Source: Octopus bimaculoides
Taxonomy: Eukaryota
Assembly: GCF_001194135.2 (NCBI RefSeq)
Contig: NC_068991.1
Coordinates: 51,286,522 to 51,350,521 of the forward strand
Reading direction: 5' to 3'
Length of the DNA: 64,000 nt
In this document: positions 26,722 to 39,000 of the stretch, piece by piece
How the letters are laid out: each line of letters begins with the position of its first letter
Numbering within the stretch: position 1 is the first letter of the stretch
Notes under the pieces: model-generated
Told to the model about the DNA's origin: nothing
Databases searched by the model: none
The model's input: the letters and a program-made list of their open reading frames with translations, nothing else
Program-made: the position numbers and the translations under genes

Positions 26722-29700
26722 GCAATGCTTTCAGCAATTTTGTGCAATTTTCTGCTGCTCTCCCAAGTGCGCTTCCATGCTTTTAAAGTGTGTGTAAAAT
26801 AGACTTGTGAAAATGTAGACTTGCTCCCTTTCCTGCTGGGGTAGCCATGTATTTCCACTTCAACAAGACACCCGTTCTTGTCCCTCTATCTTACATTAGC
26901 CTCTCAAAAGCTAGCACAAAGTCACCTCTTTTAATGCTACTCTCCCACTCCATCAAGGGGTCTTGTCTTGCAAATTACTTGATGATCCAACTAGTGCCAT
27001 TCTTACAAAAGAAATGCACCCAGTAGTGGTTTGTGCTAAGAAAGACATCCAACATGTAGAAATCATCCTGAAACATTGGTTTGTTGGATGTTATCAAACC
27101 ATCCTACCCTTGCCAACCAGGAATGTGGGTATTAAATGATGTGGATGATGATCATCGTCATTATGAATAGCAATAATAATTCTGCATTGTTGTGGGATGT
27201 TGTTTGTTATTTCTCTATTTTGTGATAGATTGCATTTTGAGGTGCTGTTTGCATTTTGTATGATGCTGAGTGACTGGTGCAGTGTATTTTAGTGTTGGAT
27301 GATGACAGCTATGTGTTTTGTTATATATTGTGGATGGCATCTGTGTACAGTGGGATTCTTATGAGTTGTTGTTCTTATAGTGTTGGGTATCAGTGATGTA
27401 AGAGTATGTATTGTATTATTTTATCAGCTGGTGATTGCATAGGGTAAATGTTGTGTTATACGATCTAGTGGGGATTCTGTAGAGTGTGTAGTGTGTCAAT
27501 TTATTGACTGGTTATCTTATACGGTATGTGTTGTGTATTGAGAATGTAATGATAGTTATACTTTAGACTTGAAAGTGTTCTGCATAAAATGTAGGCTGTA
27601 CCTAACAGGACTGTCTTTTGGGCTGTGCACAATATGGTCTCTGATTTTCTATTTATGTTATTGGTTACATTTTTTTACCTTGATCTCCATTTATTTCTGA
27701 TTTCACTTTCACTTTCACACTCCACCACATTTCTTGCTTGTTTTAGTTTCAAAACATTTCTATTTTGACAATTTCTTCTCTCAACAATATTTTGGGGTTA
27801 CAAGGATCAAAATTTCTACAGATGGGCTGCGTTGCTATTCTTGTCACTCTGAACAGTCATGTCTCTGATGATTGTGGTCAGTTTATTATTGTGTATTATG
27901 TTTAGTGCTACATGTTTATACAACTTCTTATCCATTTTCCCATTAAAGTCTCCACATATTGCTCAGTGGACATAGTTGCTGACTCATTTGTCTGTGAACA
28001 TGTTTGGACTTGTCAAGGACTAGGCTGCTGGAAATGATGTAATCAATCATCTCATTGTAGTAGTTATATAGTCTACACTTGATTTTAGGTTCTGTGGGAT
28101 TTTTTCTCTTTTTTTTTTAAGTAATCCAAGCAAGATACTGGTCTTGTGCAGCTAAAGTCAGAAAATCAAACTTTCTGTTTCTGTTTTTAGCCTGTTACTT
28201 ATGGTCAGTCTAGTTTATTTTCTCTCTGTCAAATCTTGTGGCTATGGAGTGTTTTTTCTATCTTTTGTTTTTCTTTTGTATACTCGGAATTTTGTTTTGA
28301 TTTTCTTTCTTTCTTTTCTGCTTTCTAACTATTATTTTTTTTTATCTACATCTTTTTCTCCATAGTACTTAGTCTTCACTTTGTACTTTATTGTTTTCTT
28401 TTAGAAATAAAAATGTTTTTGTTTTCTTCATGTTTCCTTATAACATTAATTAGTATTTTTATGGTCCCACTGTTGTTATTTTGTAGTAGTTTTCTATTTC
28501 TATCAAAACCTGTTCTCCTTGTCTATGAAGTTTGTATAGTCTGTTTCTATCAGCTTTGGGGTGATGGCTTCAGAATGTTGTTAGCAGTTTCCTGGGTTTT
28601 TTTGTCCAAGCCCTTCAATCCACTTAACATTTAGTTTTTCTTTTTTTTTCTTTTTTCATGTTGAAGCTACAATTTATAATGAAATGGCTGGTGTATTTAT
28701 ACTAATTTTCTCTTTGAATTCTATGTTAAATATTATGAGTATTTATCCCCAAATATCTATATGAGTAATTTAGGCCTAATTTGCTAATTTCAATCTGTGT
28801 CTAATTTAATGTCCTGTTTTAATTAATTTTCCTCACTTTTAATTGTAGTTTTTCCCACAGTTGTCTAACCCTGTATTTCTAAGTTGTGGCTGAATTTATG
28901 AATGATTTTTTTTGTAGGCTTTTCCATTTGGGTGTCATCTCTTGTATTTCAAGTCATCCATGTAGAAGTGATGGCTTATCTGTAACAACTATAACTATTG
29001 GTAGTTTCATTCTACAGATTTGTCTTTGGGGTTAGTTGATAGATCAAAGAGGATAATAGCTCCTTATATGAATATAAAAATTCTTTGTCTTCTCTTTGCT
29101 TTATATTAACATTTTTTTTATATTTTGACATGATTTCCTTGATGTCTTTTGTTAGTTTTGAGGCTCCTTTGTGTGATGGGGTGTATTTCCATTGACCAAA
29201 AGTGGTATACATTATTATCAGATATTTTTCATGAATCAATTTAGGTTATTCTAAGGCTTGTTCACTGTTCACTAGTAGCTGCTGTTGTTGTTGTTGTTGT
29301 TATTATTATTATTATTATTAGTAGTAGTAGTAGTAGTAGTATTGTTATTAAGGTAGTGAGCTGGCAGTATCATTAGCACACCAGGTGAAATGCTTAGTGG
29401 TGTTTCGTCTGCAGCTGCATTCTGAGTTGAAATTCTGCTGATGTTGACTCTGCCTGTCATCTTTTTGGGTTCGATGAATTAAATACCACTAAAACATGGG
29501 TCAATCTAATCAACTAGTCCCCTCCCCACCAAATTTCAGGTCTTTTGCCTTCAATAGAAGGGATTATTATTATTATCAAGGTAAGAAGCTGGCAAAATTA
29601 TTAACATGCTAGGCAAAATGCTTAGCAGTATTTCGTTCTTCTTTATGTTCTGAGTTGAAAATCCCCTGAAGTCAACTTTGCCTTTCATCCTTTCAGGGTT

Positions 29701-29985
29701 GATAAAATAAGTACTAGTTGAGCACGAGTTGATGTAATCAATTAGTCCCCTCCACTAAATTTGCTACCCTGTTCCAAAATTTGAAACTCTTCTTCTTCTT
29801 CTTCTTCTTCTTCTTCTTCTTCTTCTTCTTCTCCTCCTCCTCCCCTTCTTCTTCTTCTTCTCCTTCTCCTCCTCCTCCTCCCCTTCTTCTTCTTCTTCTT
29901 CTCCTCCTCCTCCTCCCCTTCTTCTTCTCCTTCTCCTTCTCCTCCTCCTCCTCCTCCACCCCTTCTTCTTCTTCTTCTTCTTCTT

Positions 29986-30016
<31 letters not shown>

Positions 30017-33000
30017 TTATTATTATTATTATTAAGGCAACAAACTGGCAGAGTCATTAGTGCATTGGACAAAATACTTTGTGGAATTTCTTCTGGTTTC
30101 ATATTCCGAGTACAAATTTTGTTAAGGTCAACTTTGCCTTTCATCCTTTCAGGGTTGATAAAATAACTACCGGTCATATACTGGAGTCAAAGTCATTGNN
30201 NNNNNNNNNNNNNNNNNNNNNNNNNNNNNNNNNNNNNNNNNNNNNNNNNNNNNNNNNNNNNNNNNNNNNNNNNNNNNNNNNNNNNNNNNNNNNNNNNNNN
30301 NNNNNNNNNNNNNNNNNNNNNNNNNNNNNNNNNNNNNGGAAACTTCTGGTCTCACATTACATCCACACACCCATTGGAAACAGATGCAGCTTCTTTTACT
30401 TTTTAATCCTTTTTGCTTTCATAAATCCTTTCCTTCAAACATTCATATGTCTAAATTAATATAGGTGTCTAAATTAATATAGGTGTCATCATCATCATCC
30501 ACAATCACACAATATGGATATCAAATACTGGGTTTTATTGTTTTCTTCTTTGTGCATACTGTGAATCCTTACCAAAATTACCTTTCTTATTTCTTTACTG
30601 CCCACAAGGGTCTAAACATAGAGGGGACAAACAAGGAAACACAACGGATTAAGTTGATTATATCGACCCTAGTGCGTAACTGGTACTTATTTAATCGACC
30701 CCGAAAGGATGAAAGGCAAAGTCGACCTCGGCGGAATTTGAACTCAGAACGTAACGGCAGACGAAATACCACTAAGCATTTCGCCCGGCGTGCTGACGTT
30801 TCTGCGAGTTCACCACCAAAATTAACTTTCTAAGACAATAAAGTATTCAAAGGAAGGAACATTTCTGGAGTACTTACATATCTGTTTTGATATCCAACCA
30901 TTCCAGCTGGAAGTTTTGGAGAACTGAATCCAATACTCCATTGATAGCTGGTTCTATTTTATTTTTGTTGGTAGGCATTCCACTCACTTCTTATTTCTAC
31001 TTTTAAATTAGCATATTTCAACATCTTTTCTACTTCCTTGTTTGAAACGGTTTAGTCTAAAGGAATTACATAATCTATCATGAGGCATTACCTTCTTTCT
31101 ATGTCTTGCATAATGATATCTAATTTGCAGTGTTCAATTGTTCTAGATGTCTGGATGTCAAAATCCTATAGAATTTTTGGTTTATCTAGTACAGGCTTGT
31201 ATCACTTGTCTGGCATGTTGTATTCACATATAATACAAAGTGACTGGTGTCAGTTGTGATAAACTGTGACAAACATTATCATGATGTTGTTTATATTTCT
31301 TTCTGTGTTAACATTTAGGTATCTTCAATATTTTTCACTCACTGTTTACATAGGCACTGCTTGTTCATTGAATCAGTAGAATAGATACTATTCCTCACTG
31401 AACTAATGTTTAGAACTCTATAAATCTCTACTTCAGAGACTTTCCTATGATAAGTTGTAATTTTTTGTGGTGTCTCTGAGAAACTGTTCAAGTAACTGCA
31501 TTTCTTTTAACTCTTCCTTTTGCAAATTATCATGCATTCATATATTTTCTTCTCTTTAAGTATGACACAAGTAAATCCTAGTTCCATTGCAACTCATTCC
31601 AGTAGTTCTTCTTCCACTCTTTGCAATGTTGGGATCTACTAACTTTTGTTCTTTATTCACACAATCAGAAATACTAATAAATCCTTTCTCGCCAATCTTC
31701 CATTCCATGTATAAATGACTGATATTGGCCCTTGGATGAAGTACTCCATGCATAATTAAGGCTTTTTTCATTTTTCTGCTTAATGCATCTATTTTATTTC
31801 CCATCCAATTCACTATTCCAGCACTTATATAATGCATGGCTACAACAACCCAGGCATTGATCAGATTTAACTGATTCCTTGAATTAGATTTGGACTTCAA
31901 TACAAGCTTTAATCTCTTCAAATATATTGTTTTCACTTTTTCCTTCATTTCCATATACATAATATTACTGAGTTCTAGAATTCCTAGATACTTGTATCCA
32001 TTGTCATCAGTTTCTGAAATCCATTCTTCCAGTAAGTTTATTCCATTAAAATGCTCTCTCATTGCTCTCTTCATGGCTTAAGTTGCACATTTTAATGTAC
32101 CAAACTCCTTTCCAACATCTCTGCAACACACATTTACTGTTTTAACAAGTGAATTGATCTCTTCTTTTAGACTTTAGGCTTTCCATGAAGGCTAGCTGAT
32201 TCAGAGAAGATGTGTTTCTTCCTAGTTTGTTGTTCCTATTGATTTTCCTATGTGTCATTGAAATTGTTAGTAACGCAATAGCAAATAAGGGAGAGAAAGA
32301 ATCTCCCTCTAGAAGACACCTCTTTTAACAGTTACACTTCCCAGCGATTTCATGCTCACTATCAAGTCCATTGTACAATGCATAGTGCTATCACTGAAGA
32401 TGTCGGTTAGGTTTTCTGCTCTGCCAAACATTCTAAGTGACCTCCACAATCCAAGAATGGTGCACAATGTTGTAAGCATTTTTGAAGATGACCCATGCTC
32501 TCTGTCATCTCTTGCACTATTCATTGCTATTTTGTCAATGATCCGATGGTCATTGGAGCCTTTGGGTGTATTCTTCCCCCGCTTCTGTTGAATAAATAGT
32601 AATATGTTCTGCATTAAATGAAAATATGTTTTCTTGTATCATTAGCATATGCTCCCAACATATATTTAGTTTTATCAATCCCATCATTATTGCTTATGTT
32701 GTAATAAGAGGAAATCTATTGATTTCAACTTTACCTTTTATCATTCTGTAGTTGATGAAGCACTACAAGTCATCTACTGCTCAACTGTTACTATTTAACT
32801 GTTATTACTCAACTAAATGTTGTGCAGTATTTAGTTATGGGCCTTTATATTCTGATTTCAAATCCTAGTGGGATTTACTTTGCTTTTCATCCTTCTACAG
32901 TCATCAATAAAATTAGTGTAAAGAATCAATTAAATCAATCATATCCACCTCCAAAAATCTGTGAACTGATGCCAAACAGAGAAATCATTATTATCCTTTT

Positions 33001-36000
33001 TTGGCAAATAAAATTTTAAAATCATTCTAGTAATAGTAGCAGTAGTAGAAGCAGCAGTTGTAGTAAATGTGCCCTTTCATAGCAGAATGAATTTTTGAAT
33101 TTGTTTTTGCTCTTTTTCCTGACAATATCTGTTGATTTTTTTACAGTCCTTTTTAACTGTCATAAAGCAGATTTGTCGGGTTAAAAAGAAAAAAAAGATT
33201 GCTGTTTCTTTTACTGTCAAACATTGCAAGGAACAGGTGTGAACCATCTTATTCTATTTAAACTTATTAGATGCAAAAAAAAATATGGTTAAACTTTACT
33301 TTTTGTAAGTCTAAAGCTGGTTGCCACACCCAGGACTTAGTCTACAGGAAAATCCTCCAAAGATAGTTTGAAACAAATCTACTTGCTTTTAACTCTAATT
33401 AGAATTATTTGTTGTGACTAACATTTATTTCACTTGTTTTGATGTGGAAGAGAAATTATAATTCTGTTGGTCTGAGCTCAAATTCCAGAACTCAAACAGC
33501 TTTTTTACTGTTTTTGTTGAGTAAAGCTCAATTAGCTATTCTCTAATAGATTTGTGAAATAAACTGATTGAAGGTTTACTTATGATCCTTAGAGAAGATA
33601 CACTAATATGTCTAACTCCAGACTGGAATAATACTTAGTACCACATTCATGCAGTAACTGATAATGTGGTGTGTAGCTTAATAATTGAGGTACATTGCAT
33701 TCAGTTTGCTATAATATGTCCAAAGTTTGAGATAAGAATTCATTGTGTAGCACCAACTAGCTGTTCTTAAGTAAGTTTTTCATATAGAAACTGCAATTTA
33801 ATGCTTAGGACAATCTTTTCACCTGAGCAACACATTTTAAAACTAAAATTTTGGGGGAGACATTAAGATCTGTTAGTATTTAAATATAATGTGTTACTAG
33901 TCACATATCTAATTATATGTAAAGTTGTCAAAACAAATATATTTTACAACTAACTATTCATAAAAATTGATAACATTTGAGTTAATTTCTTGTTACATGT
34001 AGAGATTATCAACACACTCAAGTGTCATGACTCACATTTTGGAAATATCTGGCTTAGAAGCAGTTCTGGGTCAAGCTATCTTTGTTTTTGAGGAATGTTT
34101 TACTAAGATTTATGGACTCCAAACATACAGTCCTTGCTTCAAAGACAATTGGAAGTTTATTGAGGTAGGTTTAGCTGCTACACCAGGCAGGTTAGGCCAT
34201 CTTATAGACGCTTCCTCCCAAACTTGTTTTGATGATTCAGCTGAAGTGGAAGAAGTGGCCTTGATGCATGATTTTTTCTATTTCCTTGTGATATGCAATT
34301 AATATGTTGCTACTATACAAAATATACCAATGTTACGATGTGATTTGGGGGAGATTTGGTTGCTATTTCCAGGATGCTTAGTAATATGTAGAAGCTCTTT
34401 TGTTGGCTTCTTGAGATCCCTAAAATGATGGGGGGATCATGCTTGCTCCACCTTTGGTAATAGTTTTACTTAATCAGGATTAACTTTGAACTAGATAACA
34501 TGAGTTTCATTAAGCTTGGCTGTGAAATTTATGTCAATGTTAGTTTACAATTATTATGGTTGTGTTCTAGTTGTATGTCAGAGATTTATGTTGAAGGTTC
34601 TAATATAACCATCAGATGTAGACATTAAAATGTAAAATATATCATAGGAAAATTTATGTAGAATAACCTAGCATGAGAATAAAAGATAGTGGTATCCTTT
34701 TAATGGTGAATATATCAATGGTGTTATTAAGCCAAAATAGCTGGGTCCTGAGTGTCTGAATCAATATAATGTTTGTTGGATTTTAATGGAAAACAGTAGA
34801 CAGGACAAAAGGGTTATCTCTTCTAATAATTAGGATTAACTTGATTTTTACTATCCTGAATTGAACATAGTGATTAGATTGAGTTGATATTTGCTAAACA
34901 AATTTGATATCAATGAGATTAAGCATGTGTGTGTGTTTTGTGTGTGTGTAAGTGACATCATGTTAATCAGTTGCCTGGCCTTATTAAATTAGATTAGGAT
35001 GTTGTTAACTATATTAGGCAGATCTTGACTAAGTTAATATTGAATAAACTAAGGTAAATCACAGCCAATATTGCAGTACAATTTTACCAACAAATTTAAA
35101 ATCCAACAAGATACTGCAACAGTGTTAGACACATTGCTGCTTTGAAGACATTAACAAACTAGTATTTAATTGTCAATGAAATTTCAAGATTATGGCTAAT
35201 ACTTATTACTTTTACTAACATGATAAATCAAACTGTTTTAAATTTTTCATGAGATTCCATTTCTCACTGTTCCCTATTATCTGCTCCTTCAAACTATTAT
35301 TTATCAAAATTTGAAATAGTTCTGTAAAGTCACTAATCTCATTTTCCAAAAACAAAACAGAATTATTTAACCACAATAAAATATTAAGTTAGTCACTGGA
35401 GCATCAGATTCACAATCATGAGGTACTGAGTGCAATTCCTGGACCAGGCTGTGTGTTGTATTCTTGAGCAAGACACTTCATTTCACATTGCTCCTGTTCA
35501 CTCAGCTGTAGAAATGAGTTGCAATGTCTCAGGTGCTAAACTGTGCTGGCCTTTGCCTTTCTCTTGGATAACATCACTGGCGTGGAAAGGGGAGGCTGGT
35601 ATGCATGGACAACTGCTGGTCTTCCATAAAGAACCTTGCCTGAACTTGTGCCTCAGAGAGTAACTTTCTTGGTGCAATCCCATGGTCATTCATAACCAAA
35701 AGGGGTCTTTGCCTTTACCATTATTTTAGAAATACTATGTTAGGAAGTAGTTGTTTATTCCTTAGAACAATTGATATTATGACAATTTTCTCATCCTTGG
35801 CACCATAGCTGTAGTCTGATTGAATTATTTGAGCATAAGAAATAGTGCCTGACAGTAGTTACAATCCTTTATGTTCTGATTTCAAATCTTGCCAAGGTCA
35901 ATTTTGTCTTCTTTCTTTCCAGGATAAATAGATAAAGTAGCGATCAAGTACTGGGAGTGATGTATATTATTATAAAGTTTCTAAGATATCGATGGAATTA

Positions 36001-39000
36001 TATAACACAAGACATGCCAGGCTATTATTAGTAAGTTTCAGGAATATGGTAAAAACACTACATTGGATTGATTTAAAAGAAGAAAAAATGTGTAAAGTCT
36101 CAAAAGAAAAAAGGTTAGAATACATAAATTATTGTAGATAACCATTCTGTGGAGTATTTGACTTAGTGGAGCCTCTAATAAGATATAGGTCCTTTCCAAT
36201 ATCTGAGAATTAATTCAAGATAAAGACCAGAGAAAAAATCTCTCTGACATTGAATGTTTATCGTATCTTGATTTCTCTGAATTGTCTGACATTTAAGCTT
36301 CTCAATTCCATTCATTTCTGTATAGTTTACGGAGACAAAAATATATTGATTTTAATGTTCCGTTATTATCATCTGTACAGTAATGGCCCATGTATACCAG
36401 TTTTCGTAGTCAACAGAAATAAAAAGAACTTAGAATTGATATCATGTATGGTAATTTCTTTTTAGCTGAGTTTTATTTTGAGGGTTAAAAACAGACGTCA
36501 TTTGATCTACTCCTTTTGGTTGAGAAAACAGCAATATTTGCTATTGAAATCTCAGTATTGATTCTACCATATTGGCCACTGATTGTATGAAGGAAAGAAA
36601 CCTCAACCCTTCCTACAGACTATTGATCTTGGATTCCTAGCTTTCGGCTTTGGTGCTAGGAAAATTACCCAGTAAGATATACAAATAAATAGCACTGTTT
36701 CTGATAGAATCAGGAATCAGAGAGGAAAGCAAACCAATAAGAGGTGGATATTGATTTCTTCTACCCAACACTACAAATGGTCAATATATTTCTGCTGTTG
36801 GTGTCATTATTGTTGTTGTTGTAACTGCTGCTGCTGCTGCTATTATTATTATTAGACTCTTTGAATTTAAAAGATCATATATATTAAAGGGAAAATGAAA
36901 CGTTAAGTGGAATGAGAGGTGGGAATGTATAGAAAACTGTTTTCTTTTGCTTTGTTTGTTTGTTTGTGGGGAACTAAAAAGATCGGATTGATACCCTCTG
37001 TCTGAGAATCTATTGATTCTTACTTGAGAAAGAAAAGGAAAACAAAAGATGAACCAGACTATTTTTATAATCTTGTTTTTGTTACTGCACACTTTAAAAT
37101 TATATTTTACAAATGTACCAAGAACACAGGTTCAATTCAGAATTGGGATTTCAAAGTAATTCTTGAGTTTGTTAACTGTTGATTATGTTACCTGCCTTTG
37201 TCACTTGTGACAACTAGAATAATTGGTTGATTTTCGATATAATTGCCATTGTCTGCAAATCTAAGTTTATAGTGTCTTATATTTTAGAGAACAGACAACT
37301 TTAATAGTATGGTATAGCAGAGATTCCAATTCACTTCTCATCAAAAATATATCATTAACTCAATGATATGAGCTATAATTCTGTTGTAGTAGGAAAGTAT
37401 AAATGCTAAAGTTATTAACTAGACTTCTGCTACCTGGAAAGGTGAAATTTATCTTATTCCACTCGTTAAGAATCTTAACTAATCAATCCAAAATACTGTC
37501 CATTAATGTATTGTGTTGTTCATGAATTGCATTGTGTTGTTCAGTCAATTATTTCAAATCTTAGATTATATTTAATCCATTTATCTTTAAATCATTACAC
37601 TTGTTTCTTGGAGAAAATATTCACAAATTCCATGTGGATAAGGTAAAAAGGTTAAAGCATGTAATGTTTTAGATTTCAAATGTGATAACTTTGTTTCCAG
37701 ACTTGTTTGTATGAGTCAACTATTAAAAACTATTTGGAATCATGTTTCTTTTCTTTCAACAGGAACTAACAAAATACATTCGAGGAGAGGAAACCAATTC
37801 TGATTCTGTGATACAATTTCTGCAGAACTTTGTGAGATATGGGCTGGAACGGATTGAATTAAGGGACGAATTATATTGCCAGATAGTTCGTCAGACTCAT
37901 AGGAACCCAGATACTGATGCTTTGATAAAGGCCTGGGGTGTGATGAGTTTTTGTTCTGCTGCTTTCTCAGCCAGCAAAACATTACAGAAGGTAATATTAG
38001 TAACCAGTTCATGTTACGATGCTGTTAAAATATTGCTCTTATTTATTTGTTATCTTTATTTTTATTTTTTTCTTTTGTAAATTGGTAGAATTTAAATCTT
38101 TTTTCTGTATTAAGTTACTAATATTCACTGAATCATTTGTCATATTACAAACTGACATCAAATACATAGCATCTACTGTAATAATATGATACTGCATAAA
38201 GATAAGCGATATAATCTTGCTTACATATGTGCTCAGACTTTGAGATAGCTGTACTCATTGATTACATTCTAGGAAATGTCTTGTTTTAAATGTAAAATTT
38301 TATACTTAACAGCCTGTTGTTAAAGTTAACATGCATTTGCATTTCCTGCACACCTGTAATTGCTTTTATACTTTTTTTGTTTGCTGTTTTTTGTAGTATT
38401 TAGTCTCATATGTAAAGAAACATATTGGTGATGAAACAGTTGGTAAATATGCAAAAATTTGTTACTCGCAATTACGAAAACCAAGAGTAATGGCTCGAAA
38501 ATTTCCACCATCTGCAAGTGAGATTTTAGTAAGTACCTGATTTATTATTCAAAAGTTTGTAGGATTATTTTTACTTATCATAGAATGGTTGTTTAAATAA
38601 TAACTTACCGAGCTAACAAGGAATTATAGAAGTTGATGATGACGACGATGATGATAATGATATTAACCAAGCTTTGAAGTCAATGAGAGACAACAAACTC
38701 TAAAACCAAAACTAAAGATGAACAATATAGATTTTTTAATATACAATGCATAAAGATGTATGATTATTAGGACTCAGACCACATAAGTATCATAATCTAA
38801 GTGACTACATTATCAATTACTCCTGAGAAACCCTGCTGCATCTCCTTTTTAGGATATATGTTTTGCTGGTAACACACACACACACACACACATGTATGGT
38901 CAAAACACTGGAAAAAAAACTATAATTGATGACAGAGATGAAAAATTAAGGTATAATTTTTATGATAAACTAAAACAGCTCGAGAACGTATAACTATCAA

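Noticed and set aside
29738-30177. Poly-E/K/R/S ORFs
   Set aside because: Translation of the (CTT)/(CTC) repeat.
30449-30484. Exact 18-bp tandem duplication gtctaaattaatataggt
   Set aside because: Near a gap; could be slippage, a TSD scar or an assembly artefact, with no further support.
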